From the NCBI GenBank assembly GCA_016748015.1, contig JAAOMT010000672.1:191431-255430 (forward strand): a stretch of 64,000 bases of DNA, written 5' to 3'. Positions within the stretch are counted from its first letter, which is position 1. Every line of letters starts with the position of its first letter. The notes beneath the pieces are model-generated. The model was not told the origin of the DNA. It did no database searches and saw only the letters and a list, made by a program, of their open reading frames with translations. Positions 1 through 13,070 of this stretch are shown here, piece by piece. Source of the DNA: Geosiphon pyriformis uo1. Its lineage: Eukaryota; Fungi; Glomeromycota. Both the position numbers and the translations under genes were made by a program.

Positions 1-3000
1 TAATTTACGAAAATTTCTTTGTCTTTAACTAAATTATTAATATGTTGATGTTGTTATTAGAGGTTTTTGGTCTCTTTTCTTGAATGTTATTAATATTTGT
101 CTGTTGCTAATTTTACATTTTCTGAAAGCAGTTGAACCTTCAATAACTGAATTTATTTTTAAATTGTCTCTTATAATTTGAACTGCTGGGCTTATAAGTA
201 GAATGGCCAATTCCATGCCAATTACTTTATGTACTTACATTGTAGTAAATGTCAACTCTTTTCCAGAAATTGCTTGTCTAGAAGCTCACTAAAAATGTGT
301 AGTTATTTTGCTGTGAAAGTCAACTCTTCTACAGGAATCTTATCTGTAGGCTACCCTAATAATTATAATTAAAAAAGAAATAGAATTTTATTAAGAGAAA
401 CGTTTTTTATCCAGGCCTGGAGTCACTAACAGATTACTGAAATTGGTAGCTAATCAATTTTAAAATGTTAGTTGTGTTTGAGGAAATTTCAAGTGCAATA
501 ATCAAAGAATTTGGTTTTCAAATATTTAATTTTTATTTGAATGTGTAAAAGATAATTTGTTCTAATTAAGATACTTTAAAGTAAGATATTATGTTAAGAT
601 ACTATAAGAAAATATATTTTCTTGAAGAGAGAAGCTCTTTTTTTATACAACTTATTATAGTACTAGTCTTCGAACTTGCACTTTTTTCTTTGTTACAATT
701 TGGGTAAACTAAGAATATATTTCAATAAACTACAAGTTATTTCACTGAACTATTAATTATTTCGGCCAATTTTCATTAATTTCGGCGAATTTTGACTATG
801 TTAAATAGGTTAGGGTATTGTGTAATTTAATCATCTTAATTTCTATTGTACAAATCGAATTATTGATTAAGTAATGATATTTAATAATTTGATTAAATAA
901 TAAGTGATAATTGAAATGATAATAATATATGCTAATTAATAATAAGAATTATGAAGATAATTTCATGCTAATTAATAGCTAAAATTTTACTGGTAACAAT
1001 GTTTAATCCAACACTTATTATATAAGTTAGGTGTTACTAATCTCAACTTAGCTTGACACATATTTATAAAAACCTGACTATCAGAAAAAATCATAATATT
1101 AAAAAAAGCTAAAACACACTCTAAAACTAGCATTATAATCTGTAACTCAGCCAAAGTTAATAACAGCAAACCATAAACTTCCACTCTTATGTCCAAACTC
1201 AAACTAAAAAAGTAAATGACAATACTACCAACTACCTCAAAAACCCAAATTTTTTAACAAAACCATTAGTGTAGATTGAAATCTCAGACAAAAATACATC
1301 TTTTAATTGAAAATAAACAGTACAAAAGCCAACCAAATCAAACATGTACATATTAGGACTAGAACCAAAAGCAGACTAAAAATTATGAACCAAACCACCA
1401 TCTCTAATAAAATCTAAAATCTGTGCAAACCAAAAAAGAATTAGACTTCTAAATTCAACTATTTTCAATGACAAAAATTCTTTTAAGAAAAACACATCCT
1501 GTGACTATTCAAAAATTAATTCACAAATATAATGCCAAAATGCTTAAGAAATTTATAGATTTGAAAATATTTAACTTAATCCAAAACATCCATTACAGAA
1601 ACTTTATTTTTGAAGTGAAAAACACTGAGCAGATTATTGTACAGACAAATTCCATTGTACAAAAAGATTTGAACAATATTAGCAAGAAAATTGTTTGTCA
1701 AATTGATCTTTAACCTAATTAAAAACCAAAAAAAATTATGAAAAACTCAGCCTAGCATCTGCAAATCCATTAACTTGTGTCAAAAAAACTGACCAAGAAT
1801 ACTGTAAGTATTGGCAAAGTTTATTACTAATGCTATCTTTTTCTTTACTTGAACTTGGTCAAAAAACTTTAAATTATACAGAGATAAATAGTATATAACT
1901 TTATTAGGAAAATTATTTAGCAAATTGGTCTTGGTTTTTAAGCTTTTTATGATTAATCAGTTCTATTTATTGCATATGCTCTTGATAACAAAGCTAAACT
2001 GAGTTCTGTATTCGATAATCAGCTGCAAAACTACAGAAACCAAATAAGAAAATTGTTTGTCTAAAATAACTTTGCACAAAATCATTGATACAAAAAACTT
2101 CATATTTAAATTAACTTTTTTCAAACACAGATTAAAAAGACTTTTGGTTAATAAAAAAATGCCCAAATATCAATAAACTTTGCCAGTATTTGCAACTGAA
2201 ATAAGAAAACCACTAATATCTAAGAAAACATCATTAAATCTTAGGTTTATTGAAATTGCTATTGTTTTTTTTTGTATTTATTGAAATGTTTATAATGTCA
2301 AAAAACTTGCTAACAATATTCAGAATGTTATGTGTTACTGTATAACAATTGCCAATCCAAATTGTATCATTCATAAAAGCATTAATAGCTAAGTATAAAG
2401 TCACACCTGTATTTGTCTTAATCCTACCAGTTCTGAAAGCAAATTTAGAATTTACATGGTACTTAAAAACCAAGTTATGTTTCTTTACTTTACACAAAAA
2501 AGAATCATAAAAAATCCTCCAAAAAAGAGGCAAAAAAACTTCATCCTAATCCAAACTATTATGTATTTTGTAATTATCAAACAAACTAAAGTTTATTATT
2601 ACCCTATTTCTATAGCTATTGTAAATATAACCAAAGAACCTAATAAATTTATTACACATTTTAATTCTTCTTAGACTTTTTTTCAAATGTAATCACTTTA
2701 CTGAATCATAAGCCTTTCTTATATCTTGAAGCACCAACCAAATCTCTTTGCCCTTTTTCAAAGCATTCTTTATTATAGACCCAATAGTAAAAATAAGATA
2801 TTGAGTTGAAATGCTTTTCAACACCAAAAAATTGTTTTTTTGTAGAATATTATGCTTACTGTAGACTTTAGATATTTGATCAGACAAAACTTTTAAAAGA
2901 ATTTTCTTTGTAGTTTCAATAAAAACAATTGGTTTAGTATTTATCAAAACACTCTCCTATTTATAAGGCTTTAGAATCATCAACACCCAAGCCTTTCTTC

Positions 3001-6000
3001 AAACATCAAAAACAGATTCAATATCCAAGCACAAACTGAACAGACATAAAAGAAAATTCAAAACATGTCTATTATACTATTTTTATATTTTATTAAAGAT
3101 ATCAGACAGTTTAGCAGTTTTACTATTAGAAAGCTTATTTACTATCAACAAAAACTTATCAAGGCTAATGTACTTTATAATACCAGAAAATGCTCTATTC
3201 TTAATGTACTTAAGGGATACAAACTGCTTCCTTCAATAAACAGGAATAACATCTCTAATCTTATATTTCCTTGTCCAATTTTTTATAATTGAATTTATTC
3301 TACACTTAATCAAATCAGATTCCAAAATCAAATTGCTATTATTTACTAAATAATTCAATATAACTTTTCTGAAAAACTTTTCTAACATGTTTCTTATTAT
3401 CTAATATTTGTTATTAACAAAAGCTTTTATGCATTTGGCAATAGCAGTTTTAATTCAAGACTTTTTAGCCACTTTAAAATCTAACAACTTACAAAACCTA
3501 TAAAACTTCTTGAAATAAAACAATAATTGCTTGATCAAGATTCTGCTGTATCTACCATTGAAAATGTCTTTAAATTCTACAGCCCAAACAGCATTTAGCC
3601 TGATTTATTTGGAAACTAAAGCTTGAATTTTCATTACATTATCTAACTTATATGTTTTCAGAATTTTAAACACTAGCAATTCCAATTTGTAAAACCTAAA
3701 GAATGCAGTGCACTTGAGAATACCATAATTCTGAAACCATGTTTTTGGAAAAGTGGCATTGGCTGTAGAAATTATTGCTTAACTGAGCAGATTCTACATC
3801 TTATTATCATCAGATTTTTTTTTATAGTTCTTAAAGTCATTGGCTATAGCCAAAGCAGCAACCAGCAACAAATTTTTAAACTTCATCCAGATTTTTTTAA
3901 CAATTCTACTAACTTTGAACTTCTATCTATTCTTAATAGTCTGCTTGTGTACTGAAATAAGTTGAAAATTGAGAAGTTTTTCCAAACCAATATTTACCAA
4001 AACTACTATGTGATTAGTATCAAAAAACTTATTTGGACAATAAATCTGTTGATTAAAAGAAACATTCTTAAGATTAACACTAACTAAAACAAAATTTATG
4101 CACTTTTTAACTTCTTTGGAATTGGATCATATAGGCAATTTACACATTAAAGAACTCTTAAAAAAACTACATAATTCTATATCTAAAAACTTTTTGAAAC
4201 TTGTACTGTGGCCAAAATTATTTTCATTGAAATCCCTTCTGAAAATCATGAAAATGCTATCATAAAATGCTTTAGCTACTATTGAGTTAATATTATATGT
4301 TTGAGTTAATTTTTTTTTCAGAGTAGTCTTAATATACAAACCCAAAATGAAAACCAAGAGACAATTTTTAAAAAGCAAATGTATTGACAAAAGCCAATCA
4401 ACTATTTTTGAGATTTTGTACATATGTTTTGTAATATTATTGTTAATTATCATAGTAATACCAGACTTTAAGTGATTGGAGTTTACACCAAAAGTAAAAA
4501 CTCTAATTTCATTAAACTTGTTTATTATCCAAGGACAAACTTTGCCTTTTAACTTAGTTTCCATAATAATAAAAACAGAATTATTCATATTTTTGTGCTA
4601 ACAAACAATGTTTTTTTGTTTTGCTAAATTGTTTATACCTCTTATATTGCATGTGGCAAATTTTCAAACCAGATTACTTATTAAGTTGAAGGAATCTGAA
4701 TTAGCACACAATTGATTTAATTTTGCTAGAACCAAATTGACAGAAACTTTGAAAACCATCATTTTAAATTCCAATTTACCAACTTTGAAGATTAAAATCT
4801 TTAATTTACTTGCAGCTAAATCTGAAACTGTATTATTAGCAACTAAAGAAGAAAGGATAGATAACATAAGCAGACTGTTTAAAACCATATTCAAATTCAA
4901 TCTTAATTCTGCAAGACCAAATGCAAAGGAAAAAAGAAAGTAAAAAATGGACACCAAAAATGTCAAATCCATAATGCTTAATTTTTGTACAATACCAGAA
5001 ACTTGATTAGCCAACAGCTTCAAAAACCACTTCAAGAAAGACAAGTAAGCATCAATAAAAGAAGTATTTTAAAAAACAGACAAACTTATACTATTGTGTG
5101 ATGTACCAAAAGAAGAGGAGCCAGAACCAGAATCAGAGTGAGTATTGTCAGAAAAAGCAGCAAGTAAAGCCACTTAAATTCAAGACTTGTCACTAAAAAC
5201 AACAGAATAAAAAATAAGAACACTTTTCTTTGTATACAATCTGGTCAACTGAAGATGACTTATATCCAAAACCATTTTTTTAAATGACTTAGAAGGCTTA
5301 AAAACATATGCATCTGTTGCATTATACTTTAAAGCAGAATGTCTGAATTTCTTATACTTTTCACACCAAACCAAATCTATCTTAACCCATAAAAGCTTCA
5401 TATTACCAAAAATTGGCTCTGTACAAAAGACAAACTCCAGTTTTTTGTCTGATTTAAAGCCAATTACAGCACAGCAAATCCAGTTGTCAATATCAAATAA
5501 GTAATTAATAATACATATTTTGCTATTAATTCTTTTTAATAGAGTGTTCAGATAATGAGCTGTTGTTTTCACAAGTAGAGTAAACAAAAGTGCTCTAAAT
5601 TAATCTTTAAAAGCCCAAATCCCATGATTTTCTATAGTCTTAGCTACACACACTAAATTTTTTTCAATAAAAAATAATCATCTGGTCATCAACTGATCTG
5701 TCTAACTTGATTTAGCAAATTCTACTACAGTCTTCTGTTATAGCCCAATTAGTTGCAATTGAATTAACACAATTTTCCCAAACTCAATCACTGCAGTGAT
5801 AATCATATTTTTAAACATATCTATGAAAATTTTCTTAATAATCACAGTCTGATTTGACCTGATTTTTTGTTTCTTAAGATTGCTGTTTACAATAATCCTC
5901 TTTTTTCTGGCCAATAACACAGTCTTTTTTATGCTTTTCTTTGAAGTAAATATTAATTTGATAATTTTCTCAAATTTTGAGAAGATAGTAGCCCTTCCAA

Positions 6001-6600
6001 AACCATTAACAATTAAGAATAATTTTCTAATAAGCTAAGTTTTAACTGTAACCAATTTGTTATTTATTGCTGAAAAATTAATGTTCAAAGCAAAATATTT
6101 CTTAACAAATATCTTTATCTGAGTTTTAGTAACCTTTAAGTTAATCTACTTCTTGTCCAAAAAGATAGATAAATAAAAAGAAAAAGAAACTTCATTATTA
6201 TCTATATCAAAATTGGAAGAACCAATTGGAAAACCAAAAACAGTACCAGTATTGACTTACTTTGTTTTTAAAATATTTGTCATAGAATCAAACATTTTTT
6301 TGTTTTCATTTTCAACCTTATAGTCAACATTACTACTTAAGTAAATCAACCCAAAAGTATTATTATCTGTTTCTATTTTACTAAACTAATCAGCAATGTG
6401 TTTTGATTTATCAAAACTCAAATCTGTTTCATTACTAAAATGTTTAATCTTGTCAAGCAAAGTTTTTTGTTTCTGAACCAAACTTCTATTGACTAAATCT
6501 AAAGCCAAAACTTTAACAAATTTTTTTTTAGTTAAAGAACTATTTATGATAATAGCCAACTCAACTACAAAGGGATTAAGTTCTTAAAAAATATTGAAAT
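1..6600 (-). mobile_element. Decayed non-LTR retrotransposon (LINE) copy 1: ORF1 plus ORF2 (APE endonuclease, RT, RNase H); interrupted by a solo LTR at 52-998 and running off the window start
   Basis: Minus-strand fragments in LINE order. ORF1-like pieces at 4664-5920 include a degenerate knuckle WCEKYKKFRHS. APE motifs KFATCNIRG...METKLKG...RDFNE at ~4127-4660. RT motifs LQDIRKAYDSV (2693-2947) and AFMNDTIWIG (2234-2533). RNase H-like IYTNG...TLAELQII...IFSDSQ (987-1290). Many stops and frameshifts. Confidence 0.85.
52..998 (-). mobile_element. Solo LTR of the Gypsy family found at 8253-17729
   Basis: Starts TGTTATTAG and ends CTGGTAACA (TG...CA). Aligns by eye with the LTR starting at 8253 and with the LTR end at 17729. 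Flanked by a 4-bp direct repeat ATGT (48-51 and 999-1002). Confidence 0.92.
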
Positions 6601-6749
6601 AAAGACCAGAAAAAATAAAAAAACTTCTTTTTTCAAAAATAAACTTTTTAAAAAATTTGGAATGTAGAAAAGAAAAAAGTTTTTTTGTAATTTTATTATA
6701 AATTATGTATTTATATATATAATTATTAAATTTTAATTATTAATTAGAA

Positions 6750-8252
6750 TTACTTTATATATTGTTTTTAATAATTTATAAAATATAATGTATTTAAATT
6801 AAAATTAATATATATTATTTTTAATTTAATATATAAAACAAAAAAAACATTAAATAATTTAATAATTAAAGTAATTAAGACATTAATAAATTTAATAACA
6901 GATTTAATTAATAAAACCAATATAATTAACTTAAACTTTAAAAAAACCAAACAAAAACCAATTAAAAAATTAACAGTTATAATAACAAAAATAATTAAAG
7001 ATATAATAATAATAATAAAAATTAATAAAACAAAAGTCTTAATATAAGATTTAGTATTAATAAAATAGTATTTAAAATCTTAAAAAAAATAAATGATAAT
7101 ATTTGTATTTTAAAGCCAAATAATTTTTATTATAATACTTAAAACAGTATTAATAACTAAAAGTTTTTCACCAAATATATTATTTTTTTTAAAGTATTAA
7201 TTTTGACAATAATAATATTTAAATTTTTTTGAAATTAAAAATAATAATTATATATTGTAATTATTAAGCAAAGTTAAAAAGATAATATAAATATAACTAC
7301 AGATTTAAAAAACCAATTTGCTAATTTTAAAAACTATACTATTAATAAAAAAATTGATTAATTTGGGTTTAAATTTATTATTATAAAAACAATAATTTTA
7401 TTTTAATTAACTAAAAAAAATTTTTAATATTATCTTTTTATTAATACAAATTAACAAGCAAAAACAATATTAACAGCAAAAAAAACTTGAAATAAATAAT
7501 AATATAAAGTTATAAGCTAGTAAACTTTAATTTAAAAAACAATTTTACCAAAAACATTTAAAATAATATTAAAAAAAAATAAAAAGTGAACAAAAAATTA
7601 CAAAAAACTTTGTAATTTTAAAATAAAAAATAATAATTTGTATAGCTATTATAAATATGTTCAAAAAATTTGATAAATTTATTGTATATCTTAATTTTTT
7701 TTAAATTATTATTTAAATATGTTTAATTTATAAAATTGTAAGCTTTGTATATTTTTTGAAAAACCAACTATATTTTTTTATTTTTTCTATAAGATTTTCG
7801 ATTACTAATCTAATAGCAAAAATAAAAAATTGAATTAAAATATTTTTTAATTGAAAAACTGTTATTTTTTAAAATTTTAAATTTGTTATAAGCTGTAAAA
7901 ATCTGATTAAATAAAATTTTTGATAAAATTTTTCTTATAAGCTTAATAAATACAATTAGTTTAATGTTTATTAATATGCTTTTCTATTTATATAATTTTG
8001 AAATTATTGAAACTTGAAACTTTTTTTTAAGTATTAGAAACTGTTTTTTTTAATAAACATATATTTAACAAATTTAAAAGCTAAATTATAACAAACTTAT
8101 TACAATATTTTCATATCTTATTGATAATTCCAAAAAAACTTGCAGGTTTTTTTTTAAGAAAATTTTTAATAATTAACAAAAATTTATTAAAACTAATTTA
8201 GAAAAGCAAACTGTTTCTGCCAATAAAAAAAATTACATTTTTAATTATATGC
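6750..8252 (-). mobile_element. Heavily decayed LINE copy 2, 3' portion (RT region)
   Basis: Extremely AT-rich. Minus-strand remnants YWQKQFAFL, KPASFFGIINKI*KYC and IYKAYN parallel the RT region of LINE copy 1. Joins 17730+ across the ATGC TSD. Confidence 0.6.
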
Positions 8253-9293
8253 TGTTACCGGAGGTTTTTTGGTCTCTTTTCTTAAATGTTGGTAATGTTG
8301 ATTTGCTGTAAATTCACGTTTTCAGGAAGTAGTTGAACCTCCAATAACTGAATTTATCTTCAAATTATCTCCTATAATTTGAACTGCTGGGCTTATAAGT
8401 GGAATGGCCAATTTCTTGCCAGTTACTTTATGTAGTTACGTTGTAGTAAACGTCAACTCTTTCCCAGGAATTGCTCGTCTGGAAGCTCACTAAAAANNNN
8501 NNNNNNNNNNNNNNNNNNNNNNNNNNNNNNNNNNNNNNNNNNNNNNNNNNNNNNNNNNNNNNNNNNNNNNNNNNNNNNNNNNNNNNNNNNNNNNNNNNNN
8601 NNNNNNNNNNNNNNNNNNNNNNNNNNNNNNNNNNNNNNNNNNNNNNNNNNNNNNNNNNNNNNNNNNNNNNNNNNNNNNNNNNNNNNNNNNNNNNNNNNNN
8701 NNNNNNNNNNNNNNNNNNNNNNNNNNNNNNNNNNNNNNNNNNNNNNNNNNNNNNNNNNNNNNNNNNNNNNNNNNNCAAATTATTTGGTATTTATTTCTTT
8801 TTGTGTGTGTAGAAATGGTTCTAAGTAATAAATCTAAAGTAAGATACATTTTCCAGAAGAGAAAAGCTCTTCTTTTATACAACTTGTTGTAGTACTAGTT
8901 TATGAACTTGCACTTTTTTCTCTTTGCCCAAATTCCAGCAAACTAAAGATACATTTTGATGAACTACAAGTTATTTCGCTGAACTATTGATTAATTTGGG
9001 TGAACTATTTATAATTTCGGCGAATTTCTGTAAATTTCGGCAAATTTCTTATAAATTTCGGCGAATTTCTGTAAATTTCGGCGAATTTTTGAATGTTACA
9101 GAGTTCAGGGTATTGTGTAATTTGATCATCTTACTTTCTGTTATACTAATTAGATTATTTTAATTGAATCGTGATATGTGATAATTGATTAAATAATAAA
9201 TGATAATTTGAAATGATATTAATATACTAATGAATTATAGGAATTATAAGGGTAATTTCATGNNNNNNNNNNNNNNNNNNNNNNNNNNNNNNN
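8253..9293 (-). repeat. 3' LTR of the Gypsy element (inner end lies in the N gap; coordinate estimated)
   Basis: 8926-9262 is essentially identical to 17362-17698; 8253-8496 matches solo LTR 52-295. Confidence 0.88.
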
Positions 9294-9329
9294 NNNNNNN
9301 NNNNNNNNNNNNNNNNNNNNNNNNNNNNN

Positions 9330-9845
9330 ATTTTCACAAGTATTAAACAAATCATAGAGTCTAAAAGCTGCTCTAAGTTTGTAGCAAGTGTTTGTTGGTC
9401 CAGCTGCTGTTTTGAATTCATTGTAGATTTGTTTTTGTATAACTTTAGGAGTGAGATTTGTTGCTTCAAGTTCCAGTTTTCGTTCATAAAGTGTTTTTCC
9501 AATTTGAAAGTATTTATAGATAGGGGTGTGTTCATTGTTCTGTTCATTAAGAAGTAGTAGTAGTTTTTGTTGCATTGTAGCATTTAGTGAAATGTTAATA
9601 GGGGCAATTAGCAGATTTTCTTCTAGTGCCTGCTTCAAAAGTCTTGGTAATCTATTTTCAGAGTGACTTCTTGTTTCTCTTCTATAGGGGTGATAGTTCT
9701 GTAAATGATTTGCTACTGAGACTGTGGTTTCTTTCTGAATGTATTTAATTTGACTTCCATTAATCGTTATAGATAAGTCAAGGAGTGTTTTCAAGGCTAA
9801 CATTAATTTTTGGGATATTTGTTGAATATTTCGGGGAATAATCAT
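9330..9845 (-). CDS. Extra ORF3 of the retrotransposon, unknown function (C-terminus lost in gap)
   Basis: ATG-initiated, about 172 open codons, between the end of the integrase frame (~9966) and the 3' LTR, same strand as pol. No recognisable domain. Confidence 0.6.
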
Positions 9846-9965
9846 GATAAAATTGACTAATTATGAAAAGAAAGAATAAAGAAAATTATTTTTTGGATAT
9901 GGAGTTTTTATTTGTTTTTGGGTTTGGGTGTTTTGTAATTATTTACTATTTTTGTTTTTGTGTTT

Positions 9966-11425
9966 TTAGTAGAGAATTATTGTAAAATTTAAGTGTTCAA
10001 TTTTGGTTGTTGTTCTATTATAATTATTGGTTCTAAATTTCGGGGAATATCTTCAGGATTAATTAAAGGGGAATGTGTACCAATTTGTGGAATTAATGGT
10101 TCAAGATTGTTTCTGGAATGATAGTGTTTCAGTCTGTTTCCATGTGCAACTTTTGCTAATATTTTGTTATCAAGTCTTAACTTATATGATCCATTGCCTA
10201 GAATTTCGTGAATATAAAATGGTCCATTCCATTTGTTTTCAAATTTCCCACTCCATTGTTTTTCAGCCTTAGTTCTGTGTAAAAGAACTTTATTTCCAAC
10301 TTTAAATTTGTTGGTAATAGATGGTAATTTGTTGTTATGTCTTTCTTTTTATTGAGCTTGGGAATATTCAATATAAGCTGCTGCTATTCTTCTTTTTCCT
10401 TCCAGTGTACTAAGAAGAGTGTAGGCTCTTTTTTGGAGTGTTTCTTGAAAGTTTTCTTCATTGATTGGTTGCACTGGGTATGTTTTCACTGTGAAATTAA
10501 TTGGTAATGTTGCTGTCCTTCCATAAGTAAGATCAAATGGTGTGTGTTTCATAGTATTTTGTTTTAGTGTTCTGTATGCTAGTAACACTGATGGAATAAA
10601 GATATTCCATTCCTGTTCAAAGTCTGTTAAGACTTTGGCTAAAAATTCACACAATGTTCTGTTAAAACATTCTACAAATCTATTTGTTTGAGGGTGATAA
10701 GGTGATGATAGAAGTCTTTTGACATTGAACCGTTCACAAATTTCTTGTATCAAGTTGTTCACAAAATGTGTTCCTTGATCAGATAAGAGTTCAAATGGGC
10801 ATCCATGTCTACAGATAATGTCTTCATAGATGAATTTTGCTACTGATTTTGCATCTGCTCTTTGGATGGCTCTAGCTTCAGGCCATTTGGTAAGATAATC
10901 CACTGCAACTGCAATATAATGATTTTCTTGGGTTGTGATAGGTAATGGTCCGACTAAATCAATTCCAACTCTGTTAAAAAGTTGTCCAACTTTGATTGGA
11001 TTTAAAGGTTCTGTGGGGTGAGTTCCTCTTCTTTTTTGGCAGTTATCACAAGATTCTACATATTGTTGAATGTTTTTTTGCATGTAAGGCCAAAAATAAT
11101 GTTCAAGGGTTCTTTGAATTGTTCCCTTTTTTCCCAAGTGTGCTGAAGACGGATCTGTGTGCATGTTGTATAAAATTGTTTCTTTTTTATTCTCTTGTAC
11201 TAATCTGAGTGGCTGGTTTGGTTTTCTGTGATTTTTATAATAAATTTTGTTCTGGTGTATGAAATATTGTTTTGATTGGTGTTGTAAGTGGTGTTTTTCA
11301 CTTGGAGACCAGTTTTCTGGCATGGTAAGGGTCTCCAAATAATTTTTAAGATTGCTGTAGTTTCTGGGGTCCCATTCTTGTTTGGTTATTTTGTTGGTAA
11401 GTTGTGGTGGAATTGTTGTTGATAT
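9966..11425 (-). pseudogene. Integrase (HHCC zinc finger, DDE core, GPF motif), one premature stop at 10349
   Basis: H-x6-H...CDNC; GIDLVGP, LLSDQG and VECFNRTL core motifs. The frame continues past the TAA into ...KWNGPFYIHEILGNGSYKL. Confidence 0.92.
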
Positions 11426-12286
11426 TAATCTTGTCTCATTCTTGAGAGGCTATCGACATTGGTATGTAGTTTTCCTGGTTTGTGGTATACAATATATCTG
11501 TAGTCTGCTAGGAAGTCATTTCATCGAGACTGTTTGGCACTTTGTTCAGTTTTCTTTTTATTGAGTTATTTGAGACCAATGTTGTCCGTTATTATGTCAA
11601 ATTCTTTTCCATTTTTCAGATATTGTTAAAAATGTTTAAGAGCCCAAATAACTGCAACAGCTTCTAATTCAGTTGAGCCATATTTGAGTTCTGTTGGCTT
11701 GAGTGTTCTGCTGGCATAGGCAATAACTTGTTCTTGGCCATTTTCATCCAATTGTGATAAGATGGCACCAAATGCTATGTGTGAAGCATCAGTGGCTAAT
11801 TGGAATCGTTTGTTGAAATCTGGGTAAGCAAGAACTGGGGCTGTTGTCAATTTTGTTTTGAGAATTTCAAAAGCTTTTTGTTGTTCTTCAGTCCATTTGT
11901 ATGGTACGTTTTTGTTGATAAGATAATTGAGTGGTTTGGCAATTTCTGAGAATCCTTTTATAAATTTTTGATAGTAAGAGGCTAATTTTACAAATCCTCT
12001 TAGTTCTGTAGTATTTTTGGGGGTTTGAAAGTTTTTGACAGCATTGATTGTTCCTGGATTTGGTTTGATTCTATCTTTACTAACTATGTGTCCAAGAAAG
12101 ATCAAACTTGTTTTTCCAAAGTGACATTTCTCAATATTTAACTTTAATCCTGCTTTCCGTAATTGTTGAAAAACTTCTCGCAAGTGAATAAGATGGGCTT
12201 CAAAGCTTGGTGAGTATACATCAGTATTATCAAGATAAACAACTACTGATTGCCACAAGAGCCCTTCATAGACAACATTCATGAGT
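11425..12286 (-). pseudogene. Reverse transcriptase (C-terminal half) and RNase H
   Basis: VVYLDN (degenerate YxDD), LKLNIEKCHF, FLGHIV, LATDAS, IAYASRTL, ELEAVAV, ITDN, DSLSR. The RT N-terminal half is missing at the 20-N gap 12287-12306. Confidence 0.92.
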
Positions 12287-12661
12287 NNNNNNNNNNNNNN
12301 NNNNNNTTATAATTTCGATGAAATTAGAGACAATTTGAGGGTTTTCATCTTGAAAGATATTGCTGTGTATGATTCCAATTTCTAATTTGTTTAATAAAAC
12401 AATAGGGTAATTATTGGGGTTGTAGAATGTAACTCAAAATTTTTTCATTCCTTTGGGAATATAAACGTTTGGAATTGATATTTCATGCTTCAAACAGATT
12501 TGTTCATTGGATTCAAAGATTTGTTGTGTAGTGGTGGGTTTTGAGCAAGTGTAAATTTCGTGATGTTCTCCAAAAGATGAAATGGTAATTGGCTGAAAAA
12601 GTTGAAAAATCTGGTGAGATTCATTTTGTGTATTAAGAACTATGTTTACTGGGACTGCAAA

Positions 12662-13070
12662 TCATCCAGTTGAACCAAAACCTTGAGTTCCTCTTTCACT
12701 TTTTCCCAATTGTTCTTTGTTGTTTACTGATTGTAAACCCGAAATGTTGATTAAGGGTAAGTAAATTGCTTGAGCAATTTTTTCAGCATGTTCAATTTTG
12801 AATGGTTTGTCTGTCTCATTCTGTAACATGATGGTAATGTCTCCAGTGTATTCTGCATCTATAACTCCTCCTCTAATATTGATTCTTTTGCTTGCCAATG
12901 ATGATCTGGAGGCAATTTGAACCATTGCTCCTGGTGGAATTTCAAGAGCAATTTTTAGATTGATTTTTGTCAAAGACTTTGGTTGGAGAATTAAAGTATC
13001 TTTTCCTAGGTATCTCAAGTCATATCCAGCATCAATTTCGTGTGCTTTTTCTGGTCTGATTCCTTGGTCA
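12662..13070 (-). pseudogene. dUTPase domain within the pol polyprotein
   Basis: All five trimeric dUTPase motifs: DAGYDL, ASRSSLA, GGVIDAEYTG, KIAQAI, RGTQGFGSTG. Confidence 0.93.

Noticed and set aside
9013-9090. CRISPR-like array (also considered for 61015-61208)
   Set aside because: No unique spacers, no cas genes, and the context is eukaryotic.
9330-9845. Calling ORF3 an env gene
   Set aside because: No signal peptide, TM helix or fusion-protein features in the visible sequence.
9966-10130. Chromodomain at the integrase C-terminus
   Set aside because: The tail (HSRNNLEPLIPQIG...) lacks the aromatic Y.VKW.G pattern.
12287-12306. Natural deletion of the RT N-terminus
   Set aside because: The missing part coincides with a 20-N placeholder gap of unknown true size.
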